A stretch of DNA of 64,000 nucleotides from a virus (lineage: Duplodnaviria; Caudoviricetes), in the IMG/VR virus record IMGVR_UViG_3300037755_000216, positions 7,017 through 71,016 of that record; one strand, written 5' to 3'. Position 1 is the first letter of the stretch, and the number at the start of each line of letters is the position of its first letter. The notes under the pieces are model-generated. The model was not told the DNA's origin. It saw only the letters and a program-made list of their open reading frames with translations, and ran no database searches. The translations under genes were made by a program, and so were the position numbers. Positions 44,365 through 57,518 of the stretch are shown here, in pieces.

Positions 44365-47300
44365 GCTCTCATCTGTTGTTCTTGCATGGCCTTGGCTACG
44401 ACGGGCCGCGGCTTCGCCGGCATCGCATCCCACAGTGCAGCGAATTCTGGATAGCCCGCTTCGCGGATCGCAGCGACCGCCGCGGCTTTGTTCTTGCCGG
44501 CGATAAGTGGCGCTAGTTCGCTGGTCAGTTCGTCGGCTGTCTTGCGCTTGAGCGTATCTGGCACCTCGGACTCGTCCTTGTATCGTTTCAGTGCTTCGAC
44601 CTTTCGATCGATTTCTTTCTGGAAAACCTTGCGCACTTCCTCGATCCCTTCCTCGTTGAGGTTTCGGTCGCGGATTTTCTCGCCCAAACGCCGACGGGTT
44701 TCGTCGATCTCAAAGCTCATGCTGCGGATGTTGCGATCGCGGGTGACTTCCGGGTCGATTGGATAGACGCTCACACCGAATAGGCGCAGCCATGCTTGCG
44801 TCTTCGTCAGTCCCGGCTCACCGGAGCGCGGATCGACCTTGCCGGTGTAGGCGTCCTTCACCTTGCCCATCGCGCCCTTTTCGGTCAGAAAGCCCGGCGC
44901 GGCCATGCCCCACGCATAGGACAGGTACGACATCGCTTTCATCCCTGGCGTGTCCCCTGGCGCCGCGATCTCGCGGCCTGTGAATGGGTCGATGCCGGTC
45001 TGCCATGCAGCGACCGCGTCAGGTATGGGGCCTGAGAGCAAGCCCAAGGTCTCTGCGGACTGCCGAAACTCACCCTGACTCACCTGTGCCATCGTATCGG
45101 CGAGCATTCCCCACGGCACCGTGTAGCCCAAATCGATGACCTGCAGCCGCCCCTCCTGGTCGCGCTTAGGCATCAGGTACATGCCGCCCTTGGACTTCAT
45201 CCACTCAGGGAACGCTTTCGCCAGCCGGCGCAGTTCATCCTCCCCGGCGCCGAACGCAGCCATGACACTTTCCTGCAGCGCGTAGCCAGCGGCGATGTAC
45301 GGCAGGTACACCCATGGACGCTTGATCGCAGCCTCAGCCATGCGCGGCAGCGCGAAGTAGGTGTACGACAGGAAGGGAATTCCGAACGGTGCATTGCGCA
45401 GATACCGAACCGCGCGCGGTACCAACGAGTAATCGAATACCCACTTGTGCGACTCGATCATGGCATCCGCTTCCGACAGTCCCTGCCGCTCCATGCCATC
45501 GATCAGCTTGGCGATCTTGAAGATGGCCTCTTCGAACTGGTAGACGTCGCCCACTGCATTGACGAACTTCGCCCCCATCGCGTGGATGACGTTCGCCGTC
45601 GGCTGTTTGGACTTCTGCAGCAGAATCCACTCATCGCGGATGCGCGACAGCTCGCGGTTGGCGAAGGTCGCTTCCTTCAGTCCGAACCGCACAGCGATCC
45701 GATAGAAGTTGTCCTTGCGGATCACGCTGTCGAGCGCCTGCACCAGCCGCTGAGGGACTCGATGCATGGGCATGCCTGACAGGTGCAGCATGATCGTGTT
45801 GCCCATCATGTTGCGAAAGTGCGAGGGGACGTTCATCGCCACCTTGGACGTCTTCCACGCCTGCCCCAGCTTCGTCAGCGCGCCGCCCTGGCCGAAGATG
45901 TTCTCCAGCAGCGAATCGGTCTGGATCATGTTGTAGGCGCCGACCAAGTCTTCGTGAATCTCCTTGCGCACGTACAAGCCGCGCAGCGCGCCATAGCGCG
46001 GTGAGTTAGGGATCTGCTCGAAGTCGGCTAGATCAACGCCCTGCATCGCCTCGATCGCGCGATTGGCCAGGGTATCCATCTGGTCTGCGATGCGGCGTGC
46101 CTTCTCCGCGATCGCTGGCTTGGACCGCAAATGATCGGCCTGCCGGCGCAGGTGCGCGGCCTCCTCAGCCATCCAGAACGGTGAGACCTTCCTACCATCC
46201 CACTCCACCATCATCACCTCTGGCGTCCACGCCTTGTTCTGCGAGATGGTGTTCAGGAAGTTCATGATGGCCAGATCCCGCATGGTGCGCGACAGCCCGA
46301 ACGCTGACAGGAAGGCTGGATCCGTGATCTCGCCCAGAATGACCTTGCGCACCTCCTCCGGAATGTCCTTGCGCTGTTTCAGGTAGCCCATGTCGGAGAG
46401 CTTCTTGCCCGTGCCCATCGCCTTGCGACCCTTACCGTCATCCAGAATGTGACGCAGGTACAGCCGCGGCAGGTACTGATCCTTGTACGTCTCGTATGAC
46501 TCCTCATTTAGCAGCCCAGCATCGACCAGCGCACGGCCCTGCGCGTCGATCGCTTCCTTCACATGGATCGCCGCGTCGCGGATCTTCTGGTTCTCGACGC
46601 TGTCGGCCGTGGCGCCGGCTGTGGTCAGGTACGCATAAACGCGCTCGCTATCCTCGGTGCTGGCCTGTGAGAGCGTTGAGAAGATGTCGCGCGCGATCTC
46701 TCGCACCTGCGTGAGCGCACCGAGCGTCTTGTACCGCTCCACCAGATATTCCTTCGCACCAGGCAGCCGGCCAAGCGCGCCGTAGCGCCAGCCGAACTTG
46801 TTGTTGAAGCCGTCGATGATGCGGTTCGCCACGCCTGCGTAGCCGCGCGCCTCGCCTGACTTCTTCGGGATCACGCGCTGCAACACATCCACCTCGACAG
46901 TGCGGGTGTCCTTGCGCTGGAACATCGGCAAGCCTTCCAGCGCAGCGGCGCGCATGGAGTCGGTCACGTCAACAGAATGAATTTTTTCGTACTCCGCACC
47001 ATGTACTGGTGTCCCGCCGCCGTCTGCAGGGTTTGTGAGGATCGCTGTTTGCCCAACCCGCGCGCCCCACTTCTTCACCATCTTGTTGACTGCCGCCGGC
47101 AGGATCTGGTCGTAGAAGCCGATCATGCCTTCGCCACCAACCTGCATATCTAACCCTTCAACTACTCGCACCTCTCTACCACGCGGACTGGTGTACACGG
47201 GCGCGGAGCTAAGAAGCCTTTCCGCCAGCTCGATGCCGACAATATCCGGCAGTTCTTGCGGGGTGATCAACCGCTCCATCGCTATGCTGCCATCTGGCCG

Positions 47301-50300
47301 CCATGCGCGTAGCGACCCCGATAAGTCAGCCTCGATCGTTACCCATTCGAGCTTACTGATGTGCTTTCGCAAGCTGTACCGATCCGCCTGCGCCTTGCCA
47401 GGCAACCACGCAATGCGCTCGAACCCATTCTCCGCCGCCCATCGGATCATTCGCTTGAAGGCGAGTTCGGGCCATGTGGTTTTGAATGGGGCGTCAGGAA
47501 CGCCAGTTCGACTCTCTATTGTTCTCACTGCCTCGATGCGTTCGCCTGGCCGCAAGAGTTCTTCTGCAAGTGCTAGCGATGGAACTGTGCGCACAAATTC
47601 TTCATCACGGAAAATATTGAACGCGGTTCCATCTATCTCCTTGACCTTATAGCCGCCCTTGCGCCCAGCCTGATGCCAGTCGCTCTGGATCTCCTCAATG
47701 AACAGCACTCTCTTTCCATCTGCATCCACGCGCTCATTGAAGCGGACGTGGGCGAGGATGTTGGGCTCAGACCAGTGGCTGGAGCGATATACATCGGGAT
47801 TGTTGTGCGAGTACTTCGTATCCGAGTCGAATGCGTTGCCGCGGCGCTCGGCATCCGCCCTGGCTTCCTCGTTCGTGTCGAAAGACGCGACTACCTTGCC
47901 GGTCTTGGTATCGAACACTTGATGCGTCTTCGTATTGATCGGCAGCGTCAGCAGCAGCTCGCGGTAGTTCTCGCCGCCGGGCGTGGTGTATTGGGCGTAT
48001 TGCGTATGTTCTGCATCACCTTCCCAACTGGAATTGATCATTTCTTGACGAGTGGCACGCAACTGATCAGCAAGTTCCGCCGCTTCCTTTGGAAGCCACT
48101 TCCCAGTCTGGTGATCTTTCCATCGCGCGGCATCGTCCGCGACATGGTGATATCGCTCGCGCCCGTCGTGAGTCTCCACAGCAGTCATTGGCGTGCCATC
48201 GTAAACATCCGGCACGTAGCCAAGCGCGGTCAGGCGCACCACCAGGGCGCCATGCCGCTGCTGTAGCTCATCCGCCGGGCCGCCATGTGCCGGAGCGCCG
48301 TGTACCACATCCTGCACCTGGATCTGATTGGCATAGAGGAAGTCCACCACTTCCTGCTTGGTGGCGCGGTGATCCAGTGCGTTGATCCACTCCTCCAACC
48401 CGCTCCATTCGATCTCTTCCTGCTTGGTGCCCGGCATGTTGCGCAGCGTGGCGAGCCATTCATGCGCCGTACCCTTCTCGCGCTTGGCTGTCTCTGCGTT
48501 GCGCGTCAACTGTGAATAGAACGTCGGCGCTTTGGTCTGCGCCATCGGCTGCGCATCTGGCATCACCTCCGACGTGCGCCCTGCCTTCAGGAACGTCTGC
48601 ATGTCATCAATCAGCCGGCCCATCGCCTCCTTGCTGTATTTCTCCGGCAGCTTCATCTCGACCGGCACGTTGAACACGCGACGCAGGAACGCTTCGATCT
48701 TCGCTATCAAGTCCTGCACCCACTTGCGCATGTTGCCTGGAACGGGCTTGCCGGCCAGATACTGCGGGGCGTAATAGGCCAGCACCTCTTCGGCAGCGAT
48801 GCGGCGCTGATTCAGGTTGTTCCAGTCGAAGGCGTCGCCGAACTCCACGCGCCCCTGACGGCGCACAGCCATCGGCTGGTCGCGCGCGATGCCATCTAGG
48901 ATTGCTTCGTGGGCTTCTTGGCCGATGACCGAGCGCAGCCCGAAGTGCACAACCGTCTCATGCAGCACCGAGTTGCGCACGTCATCGATCGTGGTGTACT
49001 CGTTTGCGATGAAGTAGATGCCGCCGCGCCACTGAATCGCGCGCACGTCGCCGGCTTTGATGCCGCGTTCGGCGTTCGCTTCGAGCAGATCCGCCGGCAA
49101 CTGGTCGTAGCTTTGCACCACCATCAGCCGCGGCCGCGTTTGGAACTCCCGCAGGATGCGGTTAACTTCGGCGCGCACCTCGCGCTCACCGAGCTTGCCG
49201 GCCTGCTTGCCATCGGTGCGGCGGAACATCGGATCAACAACATTGTTGCGTTCCTGCTCTGTGACAGGACTGCCATCCACATGAGTGATCTTGATTATCG
49301 AATCATCGAACACCACTAGGTTGCGCGTCCCGCCGCTCTTGCCACGCGATCCTTCATCCTTGTAACGCAGCCCGTGAATTCCAAGCGACGATAGATACTT
49401 GGATGCCGCATGATCATCTGAGTACCTGATTGGGTACGTTTTATCTCCACTGCCACCCTGGCGAGTGCCGCCTAATTCGTAGGCAAGGAAGGCATAGATA
49501 CCCGAACCGCGCATCTCACTGTTGCGCGTTTCCATCGGCGCCGCGAAGTCGTTCAGATTGTCCTTGTACCGTTTGAACACGCCGGCATTCTTCAGAATCT
49601 GCTTTACATGATCCGGCTGCTTGGACCATTCGGCATCCCAGTCGAGCATGGCAGCCACAGCCATGTCATCGATATCCACTGCGTAAAGCGATCCACGTTC
49701 AACCTTGATGTCTTTCTTCTTATGGTTCCGCACGAAACCATTCAGTCGCGTCCAATACTCGGATGCAGAAAGTCCAACTTTCTGGGCGGTCTCCTCCATA
49801 CCTGGATTGCCTTCGTACTCTGACAACCATCGGCGCGTAGCGGCTCGGATCTCTCGAAGATCATTGAACGCCACCAAGTTGGCGCCATGCCGCTCTGGAC
49901 CATCCGGCAATTCCTTGCCATTCACGCTTAACCGAACGTGACTGGATGAGTCAGACAATCGTCGCTGATAATCTTCGGCAACCGCCTTGTTCTCTGCGAA
50001 GTACAGCCCCCACCCATAAGCAGCAGCGCCTTCACCGGTGCCAAAAGTGCCTTCATCGAGTTTGAATTTCCCGAAACGATGCGGCGAGCCGTGATATGCG
50101 CGATGCAGCATGAGATCGTTGCTGCGCGGATCGAAGGTGCCGCGGTTGCCGGTGGCGCTTTTGATCTGGGATGGCTCGAAAACCACGTAATGATCAGAGC
50201 GGATTGCCGCCAGCACGGGAGAATCCTCTATTTCCTTGAGGATCAAACCATCATGACCATCCCGACGCGCCGCATCTATGTGGTCCTGCACCTCACCGGT

Positions 50301-53300
50301 GGAGATCAGCCCACCAACCTTCACCACCAAAGGATTCTGCATGGACAGGAACACTGGGACCACGTTGGCGCCAGTCACGTCGTCTCGAACGGCGTCCATC
50401 TCAATGGTTTCCCACTGCTCCATAAGCCTTTCGTAGCGATCCCAGTTTCTCGCGGCCTCGGATTTTTTGATGTCGGCTTGCAGCTTCGCGATCTTTTTCT
50501 CGTGATTTGAGAGATCAGCAACTTGCTTGCGAGCGGCTGAATCCGCATACAGGGAAGCTTCCTTGTTGTCGCTGGTGAAATAGAACGCCGTGGCGCTATG
50601 CGCCTTGGTCATTGATCCAAGACGTTCTTTATCGAAGCTCTCGAAAGACTGGTTCGTGCCGTGATACACGCGCAGCGGTTCGCCGTTCGCATCTACCACC
50701 TTGGACTTGCCGAACCACTTTTTGAAGGCGGGCGTGGCAGTCTGGTCGGCGCGCTCGAACATCGGCTTCTGTCCTTGCGGCGCTGCCTCTTCTTCTGGGA
50801 TCTCGTCCGGCACCTCCTCGCGCGCCATCCTGGCGGCTTCCATCTCGGAAACTCCTTGATCGCGCTCAAACTTCTTTATGAGCTTCAGATGTTCCTGCGC
50901 CAGCAACGACGTCACATCATAAAAGCTGGTTGGATTCTCGTACTGCTCCAGCTTCAACGCCTTGTGGCGCTCGGCTCCAGCAATGGCTTCGCGCTTGGTT
51001 GGAAATGACTGGCCCGCAGTGCCGTAGTAGGTGTCGTAGATCCAGTCACGACCGCTCTTTCGAACAGCCGCAACCGGGTCATACGCGATGATCTTGGCCT
51101 TATCGAGACCCATCAGCTTTCTAATGCGGTCAGCCGCCGACATCATCCGCTTCGCCGGTTTCGGCTTGTCCTCGACATCGGCCTGCTTGCGCGACTCGCT
51201 GAACATATCGTCTGGCTTGCCGGTCTCCACAGACTCCTGGCCGCTGTTGCGGCGCCGATCCTTCTCCGCCTCGATGCGCTTCAGCGCGGTCTTCACTGAG
51301 TTGGCGTCCCCGAACATGTCGCCCTGGCCCTTGCCAGTTCGCTCGGCCATGGGAGCATCGGACTTGAACACGTAGTCCTTGCTGCCGCGCTTATGCGCCA
51401 GCCCGCGCTGCACGAACGAATCCCATAACGCAATCGCATCCTCCGACAGCTCGTGAACCGTCTCACCAGTAGATAGCTTTCGCGGCTGCGTCGAACGCAA
51501 CGGCTTGCCTGTCTTCTTCAGGCTTTCGCGATTCATGTCTTCGTAGAATCTGGATGCAATCCCCTGCCTGCGTAGTTCATCAGGGATCAGCGCATTGCGA
51601 ACGATGTAGCCGCCCTTGTCCTTGAGCACCGTGAACATGTTGGCGCGTCGAACCTTATGCGGATCGCGCACAACGTCATACACCGAGAAGCTGCCCTCTT
51701 CGGTCTTAAAATCGCGCTGCTTATGAATCTTTGGGCCGCCGGTGCGCTCGAACATCGGCTCATCGGAGCGCACGCCGCGGCCGGTTGGGATCGCCGGCTC
51801 ATTCGCATCCTGCTGCTGCTGGCTCTCCATCTGCAGCGCCATGCGCTCCAAGCGCCGCTCGAAGGCGTCCAGTTCGGCGTCCGTCATGCCGCCTGGATCG
51901 TCGTTCAACTGGGCACCGAGCCGCGCGACCTCTGCGTCATCGGCGTCCATGCGGTCCAACATGCTCTTCACATGCCGCGTCTCAGCCGCGTTCAGCTTCT
52001 CCCCGGCGATCGCCTTGGTGACAGCGACCGTGGTTGCCTTGCCTGCGGAGTTGCCAGGCAGCGGCGCTTCACGCTGCACCGAGGCGAACCACTCCTCATG
52101 CGGTAACCATTTGGTGCGGTTGAGCACTTGTGGATTCACCGAATCCTCATCCGTGATCGCACGCCCACCGATTTCCTGCCAACCAGCGCGCGTCGCCATG
52201 CTGCGCAACTGGTCGGCGCGCTTCGGAATTCTCTCGTCGTGTTGGACTTCTGCAGGTCGCGCAACTTCCGGTTTTGTCACCGCACTTGCGGTGCCTCTTA
52301 CCGCAGTTGCGGTGGCCGGCTCCGATGCAAGAGGCTTCTTCCATGCAACTGGCTTCTTCGTGGCACCGGTGCGGACCCACTGCTTGAACTTATCCACAGG
52401 CATTGGGGTGACGGCACCCATGCCCCGCCAGCCCTTGGGATAGTGGGCGAGGTACAGTTTCTCGGCCGCCTGCTGGGATGGTGCGGCCAGAACGATCTTG
52501 GCTTCGTCATAGCGCCGTCCGTCGGGCGTCAACTGGTCAATCACGTAGACGGTATCGGAGTCCGGCTGATCGCCCATGTAGACGTCGACCGCATCCCCGT
52601 CCTTCGCCTCGGTGCGTGAGATGTAGCCATAGTCGCTGGCCATCGTTCTGGTCCAAGACTTGCCGCTGGCGTCGGTCCCGGATCGCCGCGAGCCCTTCAG
52701 GTTCTCGATGCGGATCGGCAGGCCCTGCCATGTGATGGCGGGCTTCTTGTAGTTCCCGGCTTCCTTCTGCCCATCGGTCGGCTGGGCCGGCGCTTCCACC
52801 GGTTGACCCAGAACCATGGCTGCTGGCTTGACCGTCGATGCTGCTGCTGAGATTGGCTTCTGGCCTGCCATTGGTGAAGGCTTCTGCGTGCGCGTCTCTG
52901 GCGGCTTCTGCGTGGCTCTGGATGCCACATCCGCCCGCACGTTCCTAACTTCCTCTCGCGCCATGTCAGCGCTGCCGTACCAAGCCACCGGGCTATCGTT
53001 GATCGCCACCCCGTGCAGGCCATCGGGACTTTGGACGTAGGTGATGTCGCGCGGCTTGGTATCCTGGCGAACATTCACCTCGATCGCGTGGTGCTTGGCC
53101 TTTATCAGCTCACGGCGCTGCGCCATGGTCGGTTTCTCGGGCTCGGTGCCAGGCGAACCGATGACGGCGGCCGGCGGCCCTGCACCAGGTTCCTCGATCT
53201 CAACGTCGGCGAGTTCCTCATCCACGGCGAGCTCATCATCCTGACGCCGGAACTCCTCCATTGGATCGGTCTGTAGGGTGATCTCTTCCGGTGGGGTCTC

Positions 53301-54869
53301 ATCCACCCGGATCTCACCAGGTAGCATCTCGCCATCACCCTCGATCGTGATGTCCTCGCCGGCAGGTTCTTCATCCACCTGCATGGCGACGTCCGTCAGC
53401 ACCGGCGGCTCAACGTCGATCTGCGGCTGCTCAATGGCGGGCTCGCGGGCCTGAGCGCGGGCGTTGGCTTGGTCGATCACCAATCCCATCAGCCCCGATG
53501 CGGTGAGCTGGGCGCCAGCGCCAACGATCGTCGCAGCCGTTGTGTCCTTCAGCGCCTGCTTGATGTCCGCCATGGTGACGTCATCGCGCAGCTGCAGCCG
53601 GTAGTCATCGGCGATTTGCGCCGCGGTGGAGACGTTCTCCCCGAGCACGTCCTGCACTAAAAACTCGGCAGCACGCTTCGCGAAAGGCGATCGCTTGGCC
53701 AGCGTGCCCAGCGGAATCGCTTCCGTCAGGCCCTGAAGTCCTCCAAGATACGCGGCGCTCAGCGCTGACTCGCCCTCGCTCTTGCCGATTGCCCGCAGCT
53801 CTCCATAGCGCTGCGCGCCCGACATCCCGCCCAGGGCGACCAGCGCTGGCACCTGCCCGCCGGGGATCATGGACCCAGCCGTCACGATCGGAATCGTCAC
53901 CGCGGCGCTGGTGAGCCCTGACTGCACTGCCCGCTCCACCGGGCCGGCATCGACAGGAAGTGCTGCCTGTGCCTCGGCGCTGGCGCGGCGCGTGGTTCGC
54001 GCAGCCCGTCCTTGCTCCATCTCCCCAGCGAAGGCGCGGTCAGAGGCGCCCTGAATCGCAGCCTGCTGCTGCGCGCCGAACCGCGAGGCTTGTGCTTGCG
54101 AGTCGTGCAGACGCTCTGCGTAGCGCGTAGCGGCTTGCGGTGAGTCGAACTTGCCCAGGTGCTGGCCGGTGCGCCGGTACTGCTCGATCGCCTCATCGTT
54201 GCTCAGGATGCGTCCATCATCCGAAACGGTCGGCACAAGGATCTCACCGTCATCGGTACCAAAGGACATCGACCGCACCGTGCTCACGGATCCATCAGCG
54301 TTTCGAACCTGCGGACGGTGTGCCAAATCGATGTTGCCCGCCTCGATCAGTCCTGGTGCCGATCCGGATGGCGCACCGTCGGGTGTAAACGCTGGATCCT
54401 GATATGACTGTTCGGCCGCCAGCGCCATACGCGTGTTGGTGTCTGCGAACCCACGGCGGATGCCCGCACCGGTCCCTTTCAATATCGCCAGCGCGCCGCG
54501 GCCCACGACGCCAGGGGTGCGCTGGATGGCGCGCATTGTGGTGTCATCCGTGCCTTGAATCGATGACGGCAGGCCGCCCTCCTTGCCCATGCGCGCCATG
54601 GATCCAGTCTCAGGCACGGCTTGCGCGAGCGCCGCGCCCATCGCCATCTGGGTGCGGTTGAGCTTCGGATCGGTCGCCGCCCGCGTCATTGGCCCGCGCT
54701 GGCGGAAGTCCCCGGGCAATCCCACCTTGGTGGCGAAGTCCTGGAACGGGACGTCGGCGTAGTGGGTCTGGTGCAGCTTCGCGGCGAAGTCCTGGTCCGG
54801 CAGGTCAGCGTAGGGGTCGACGCCACCGTTCTGTGCCGCGAGCGACTGCCGGTATTCGCCGATATTCAT
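44361..54869 (-). CDS. Giant (3502 aa) polyvalent internal virion/ejection protein
   Basis: InPase-like (~52380-52790), GNAT-like (~51400-51720), ART-PolyVal-like (~50130-50740), second ART-like (~49290-50105), HExxxH zincin-like (~48600-49200), EEIQSDW domain (~46930-48530), helical C-terminus. Confidence 0.85.
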   Translation of the reverse strand: MNIGEYRQSLAAQNGGVDPYADLPDQDFAAKLHQTHYADVPFQDFATKVGLPGDFRQRGPMTRAATDPKLNRTQMAMGAALAQAVPETGSMARMGKEGGLPSSIQGTDDTTMRAIQRTPGVVGRGALAILKGTGAGIRRGFADTNTRMALAAEQSYQDPAFTPDGAPSGSAPGLIEAGNIDLAHRPQVRNADGSVSTVRSMSFGTDDGEILVPTVSDDGRILSNDEAIEQYRRTGQHLGKFDSPQAATRYAERLHDSQAQASRFGAQQQAAIQGASDRAFAGEMEQGRAARTTRRASAEAQAALPVDAGPVERAVQSGLTSAAVTIPIVTAGSMIPGGQVPALVALGGMSGAQRYGELRAIGKSEGESALSAAYLGGLQGLTEAIPLGTLAKRSPFAKRAAEFLVQDVLGENVSTAAQIADDYRLQLRDDVTMADIKQALKDTTAATIVGAGAQLTASGLMGLVIDQANARAQAREPAIEQPQIDVEPPVLTDVAMQVDEEPAGEDITIEGDGEMLPGEIRVDETPPEEITLQTDPMEEFRRQDDELAVDEELADVEIEEPGAGPPAAVIGSPGTEPEKPTMAQRRELIKAKHHAIEVNVRQDTKPRDITYVQSPDGLHGVAINDSPVAWYGSADMAREEVRNVRADVASRATQKPPETRTQKPSPMAGQKPISAAASTVKPAAMVLGQPVEAPAQPTDGQKEAGNYKKPAITWQGLPIRIENLKGSRRSGTDASGKSWTRTMASDYGYISRTEAKDGDAVDVYMGDQPDSDTVYVIDQLTPDGRRYDEAKIVLAAPSQQAAEKLYLAHYPKGWRGMGAVTPMPVDKFKQWVRTGATKKPVAWKKPLASEPATATAVRGTASAVTKPEVARPAEVQHDERIPKRADQLRSMATRAGWQEIGGRAITDEDSVNPQVLNRTKWLPHEEWFASVQREAPLPGNSAGKATTVAVTKAIAGEKLNAAETRHVKSMLDRMDADDAEVARLGAQLNDDPGGMTDAELDAFERRLERMALQMESQQQQDANEPAIPTGRGVRSDEPMFERTGGPKIHKQRDFKTEEGSFSVYDVVRDPHKVRRANMFTVLKDKGGYIVRNALIPDELRRQGIASRFYEDMNRESLKKTGKPLRSTQPRKLSTGETVHELSEDAIALWDSFVQRGLAHKRGSKDYVFKSDAPMAERTGKGQGDMFGDANSVKTALKRIEAEKDRRRNSGQESVETGKPDDMFSESRKQADVEDKPKPAKRMMSAADRIRKLMGLDKAKIIAYDPVAAVRKSGRDWIYDTYYGTAGQSFPTKREAIAGAERHKALKLEQYENPTSFYDVTSLLAQEHLKLIKKFERDQGVSEMEAARMAREEVPDEIPEEEAAPQGQKPMFERADQTATPAFKKWFGKSKVVDANGEPLRVYHGTNQSFESFDKERLGSMTKAHSATAFYFTSDNKEASLYADSAARKQVADLSNHEKKIAKLQADIKKSEAARNWDRYERLMEQWETIEMDAVRDDVTGANVVPVFLSMQNPLVVKVGGLISTGEVQDHIDAARRDGHDGLILKEIEDSPVLAAIRSDHYVVFEPSQIKSATGNRGTFDPRSNDLMLHRAYHGSPHRFGKFKLDEGTFGTGEGAAAYGWGLYFAENKAVAEDYQRRLSDSSSHVRLSVNGKELPDGPERHGANLVAFNDLREIRAATRRWLSEYEGNPGMEETAQKVGLSASEYWTRLNGFVRNHKKKDIKVERGSLYAVDIDDMAVAAMLDWDAEWSKQPDHVKQILKNAGVFKRYKDNLNDFAAPMETRNSEMRGSGIYAFLAYELGGTRQGGSGDKTYPIRYSDDHAASKYLSSLGIHGLRYKDEGSRGKSGGTRNLVVFDDSIIKITHVDGSPVTEQERNNVVDPMFRRTDGKQAGKLGEREVRAEVNRILREFQTRPRLMVVQSYDQLPADLLEANAERGIKAGDVRAIQWRGGIYFIANEYTTIDDVRNSVLHETVVHFGLRSVIGQEAHEAILDGIARDQPMAVRRQGRVEFGDAFDWNNLNQRRIAAEEVLAYYAPQYLAGKPVPGNMRKWVQDLIAKIEAFLRRVFNVPVEMKLPEKYSKEAMGRLIDDMQTFLKAGRTSEVMPDAQPMAQTKAPTFYSQLTRNAETAKREKGTAHEWLATLRNMPGTKQEEIEWSGLEEWINALDHRATKQEVVDFLYANQIQVQDVVHGAPAHGGPADELQQRHGALVVRLTALGYVPDVYDGTPMTAVETHDGRERYHHVADDAARWKDHQTGKWLPKEAAELADQLRATRQEMINSSWEGDAEHTQYAQYTTPGGENYRELLLTLPINTKTHQVFDTKTGKVVASFDTNEEARADAERRGNAFDSDTKYSHNNPDVYRSSHWSEPNILAHVRFNERVDADGKRVLFIEEIQSDWHQAGRKGGYKVKEIDGTAFNIFRDEEFVRTVPSLALAEELLRPGERIEAVRTIESRTGVPDAPFKTTWPELAFKRMIRWAAENGFERIAWLPGKAQADRYSLRKHISKLEWVTIEADLSGSLRAWRPDGSIAMERLITPQELPDIVGIELAERLLSSAPVYTSPRGREVRVVEGLDMQVGGEGMIGFYDQILPAAVNKMVKKWGARVGQTAILTNPADGGGTPVHGAEYEKIHSVDVTDSMRAAALEGLPMFQRKDTRTVEVDVLQRVIPKKSGEARGYAGVANRIIDGFNNKFGWRYGALGRLPGAKEYLVERYKTLGALTQVREIARDIFSTLSQASTEDSERVYAYLTTAGATADSVENQKIRDAAIHVKEAIDAQGRALVDAGLLNEESYETYKDQYLPRLYLRHILDDGKGRKAMGTGKKLSDMGYLKQRKDIPEEVRKVILGEITDPAFLSAFGLSRTMRDLAIMNFLNTISQNKAWTPEVMMVEWDGRKVSPFWMAEEAAHLRRQADHLRSKPAIAEKARRIADQMDTLANRAIEAMQGVDLADFEQIPNSPRYGALRGLYVRKEIHEDLVGAYNMIQTDSLLENIFGQGGALTKLGQAWKTSKVAMNVPSHFRNMMGNTIMLHLSGMPMHRVPQRLVQALDSVIRKDNFYRIAVRFGLKEATFANRELSRIRDEWILLQKSKQPTANVIHAMGAKFVNAVGDVYQFEEAIFKIAKLIDGMERQGLSEADAMIESHKWVFDYSLVPRAVRYLRNAPFGIPFLSYTYFALPRMAEAAIKRPWVYLPYIAAGYALQESVMAAFGAGEDELRRLAKAFPEWMKSKGGMYLMPKRDQEGRLQVIDLGYTVPWGMLADTMAQVSQGEFRQSAETLGLLSGPIPDAVAAWQTGIDPFTGREIAAPGDTPGMKAMSYLSYAWGMAAPGFLTEKGAMGKVKDAYTGKVDPRSGEPGLTKTQAWLRLFGVSVYPIDPEVTRDRNIRSMSFEIDETRRRLGEKIRDRNLNEEGIEEVRKVFQKEIDRKVEALKRYKDESEVPDTLKRKTADELTSELAPLIAGKNKAAAVAAIREAGYPEFAALWDAMPAKPRPVVAKAMQEQQMRA

Positions 54870-55174
54870 CAGCAGGATTCCATGCGCCCGGAGCGAAAGA
54901 ACCCATGCCAGTGACCGTGGGTATGCACTGACGGATTCAGTGTCGGCTTATCCTCATTTCCATCCCAGCCCCATGATGGCTGCGGCAAGACTCCCTCGGG
55001 TAAAGGCCGAATAGAGATGTCGATGAAGCATCCATCTGGCAATCGACACGCAAGCCAAGTGCCGCCATCCTCAAGGCGAATGCAAAACGATCCCGGGCCG
55101 TCAGCCAGTACGGCATCTTCATCGGCCACGCGGACCATGTCGCAACTAGCTTTGTTGTAGTTTTCCTCGCTCAT
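54869..55174 (-). CDS. DUF6527-like protein
   Basis: [17 protein letters not shown]...HWHGFFRSG. Confidence 0.65.
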   Translation of the reverse strand: MSEENYNKASCDMVRVADEDAVLADGPGSFCIRLEDGGTWLACRLPDGCFIDISIRPLPEGVLPQPSWGWDGNEDKPTLNPSVHTHGHWHGFFRSGRMESC

Positions 55175-56541
55175 CGGATGCCCAACGGATCGTCCTGCTT
55201 GGGCAGCATCGGCTGATCGCGCTGGTCAAGCTCGGTGTCTGCGCCGTAGGTAAATTCTATGTATGCATCGGCGATCTTCCGTGCCCGCTTCTCGTCGCCG
55301 AAGTTGCTGGTCATCGCCGTCTTGAACACGGCCAGATGGTCCTTCCGGGGATCACCAGAAGCCTGCTTGTAGGCGATGCGCATGGCGAGTTCTTGCGGCA
55401 GACCCAGCTTGATCAGGTGCTCGAAGCGCTTCTCCTCAACCGGCCGGCTGTCACGGATCGCGCCGCCGCGGGCACCCATGGTCGGGTCCTGCCGCAGCGT
55501 CTTGCCGGTCTCAGGCGATTTAAGCGCCGACAGCGCGCCGCCGCGCGTGCGTCCCATCTTGCCCTCCGTCGTGTCCATGACATCAACGATCTCACCCGGC
55601 CGGGCCTGCAGGTCTGTCGTGCGTGCATCAACCTGTTGAATATCTGCTGCTTCTTTGAGCGCGGCGCCACGGTTGCCAAGCTCTTTCAGCTCAGCCGCCC
55701 GGCCGGCATCAGCGCCAGCCAGCGCCTGGTTGTAGGCGACCTGTTCCCCATAGCGGTTCGCCTGCTGGCCGCGTACCGTGTCGTGGAAGGCGCTCGCAAG
55801 CGCTTGGGTCGTATCACCCCCTGATTCTTGCGGAGAGGAAGCGCGCATCAGGTTCAGTCCGAACTCCATCAACATGTCGAACTTGTCGCGCCGGGAGAGC
55901 TTGCGCCGCGGATCGGGCCGGTCCCCGATGTCCTCCTGCACCTTGTTCCACTTCGCGTTGATCGAGCCGTACTGCTTCTCCCACCAGTCCATGTACTCGG
56001 TCTGGCTGGAGCGGTCCATGGCATCCATGACTTCCGGAAAGCTCTTGGCATTCGTCAACTTTTCCTCATCGACCTTCGGCTGCCAATCAGCCGGGCCGGT
56101 GGGGATCTTCTGCTTTTGCTGCGACTGTGGCAGACCCTGCTGGCCGAAGGGTCCACCGAACGCTGGCTGCTGATCCTGACGCGGTGCACGGCGCGCCGCT
56201 GGTTGCAGAGCAGCTCCACGCACTGGCTGGCCGAACTGCTGGCCCACAACGCCCCTCGTATCCGTCGCCGAATTGGGCACTCCGCCACCTGTCGGCGGCG
56301 CAGCAGGCTCACCCTCATCATCCACCCATGGACCTTCCCCAGACTCCGTGAACGGCGGGGGCATCTGGCCCGGTACCTTCATCAAGGCCCGTCCGTTGGA
56401 CAATTGGGGTACCCCAGACATTTCCTGAGCGCGCCGTACGTAAGATCCATCATCTGGCGCAGGTAAAAGCCCACGTGCGCTCACCGTCTGCCGCAGTCGC
56501 TCCCGGTACTCGTCCGGATTCCAATAGTCGTTGATCGGCAT
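55171..56541 (-). CDS. Internal virion (ejection) protein
   Basis: Start moved to ATG 56541; low-complexity helical protein ahead of the giant gene. Confidence 0.65.
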   Translation of the reverse strand: MPINDYWNPDEYRERLRQTVSARGLLPAPDDGSYVRRAQEMSGVPQLSNGRALMKVPGQMPPPFTESGEGPWVDDEGEPAAPPTGGGVPNSATDTRGVVGQQFGQPVRGAALQPAARRAPRQDQQPAFGGPFGQQGLPQSQQKQKIPTGPADWQPKVDEEKLTNAKSFPEVMDAMDRSSQTEYMDWWEKQYGSINAKWNKVQEDIGDRPDPRRKLSRRDKFDMLMEFGLNLMRASSPQESGGDTTQALASAFHDTVRGQQANRYGEQVAYNQALAGADAGRAAELKELGNRGAALKEAADIQQVDARTTDLQARPGEIVDVMDTTEGKMGRTRGGALSALKSPETGKTLRQDPTMGARGGAIRDSRPVEEKRFEHLIKLGLPQELAMRIAYKQASGDPRKDHLAVFKTAMTSNFGDEKRARKIADAYIEFTYGADTELDQRDQPMLPKQDDPLGIR

Positions 56542-56543
56542 GA

Positions 56544-57518
56544 CTAGCTCACTCCCGCAGCGCTGGCAGCGTCCGCTGATGGCGATGGTGTTGGTGTATA
56601 GCCGGTGTCGGCTTGCTGCCCGCCGTAGTACCCCACGATGGTCGACAGAGCGCCCAGCATGGCCGCCGTCTTGCTGCCGCCAGCTGGGTTGTAGGTTTGC
56701 GTGCCCCCCTGGCTCCCGGCGCCCATCGCTGCGAGCAGCGGTTGCAGGTTGTTCACGCTCCAATCCCGGTTTTCGATGAACTGCTGGTAGTCGAAGTCGA
56801 GGTCGGCTTGCTCGAGCAGTCGGCCGGTCTGCCCGGTCCTGAGCAAATCGGTGATCTGGGACGAGTTCAGGTTGGCGATGTCACCGCCGACGGCCCGGTA
56901 CGCGTCTGCTGACTGCAGCCGGCGCTGATTGTCCGACATCCATGTGTTGACAGCCTGGCCATAGGCTTGGGAGTAGCCCTTCGAGGTGATGTCACCGACG
57001 GTGTCCAGATGCCGGCCCGTCTCCGCGGACTCCAACAGCGTCGCCCGATCCCCGCCGAACGCCCCGACCTTGGCGGAATTTGCCTTCAGCGCCGCCTGCC
57101 GGCCTGAGTACGCTTCGTTTTCCTTCTTCAGTGCCTGGTCAACCACCCCGCCGATGTACGGGTCCATGTACTTCTTGGCGGTCTCCGAGTTCCACGTGGA
57201 ACCAGCCGCCTCATCCGTCAGCGCACCGGCCTTGTCCAGATACCGGCGTGAGTCACCGGACAGTGCGGCGCCGGTGGCCATCTGGGTGCCTAGTTGCTCG
57301 TTCGGGGATAGGCCAGCCACCCGCGTGCCTTCGAATGGCGTGTACGGACGGTTGGCGATCTCCTTGCCGCGACCGACAGCGAACTGCCCGGCATCGCTGA
57401 TGTAGCCAGGCGGGGCGTAGGAGGTGGATGCCCCCTTCGGCCCCTTGCCTTGGTTGTAGGCGCTGTATGCGGAGGTCGCCAGCGCGCCGGCCGCTATAAC
57501 TGTGGTTGCGGCTGACAT
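56544..57518 (-). CDS. Internal virion/DNA transfer (pilot-like) protein
   Basis: Start moved to ATG 57518; AAGALATSAY N-terminus, YMDPYI..V, AFGGDRA, Gln/Ala-rich. Confidence 0.72.
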   Translation of the reverse strand: MSAATTVIAAGALATSAYSAYNQGKGPKGASTSYAPPGYISDAGQFAVGRGKEIANRPYTPFEGTRVAGLSPNEQLGTQMATGAALSGDSRRYLDKAGALTDEAAGSTWNSETAKKYMDPYIGGVVDQALKKENEAYSGRQAALKANSAKVGAFGGDRATLLESAETGRHLDTVGDITSKGYSQAYGQAVNTWMSDNQRRLQSADAYRAVGGDIANLNSSQITDLLRTGQTGRLLEQADLDFDYQQFIENRDWSVNNLQPLLAAMGAGSQGGTQTYNPAGGSKTAAMLGALSTIVGYYGGQQADTGYTPTPSPSADAASAAGVS

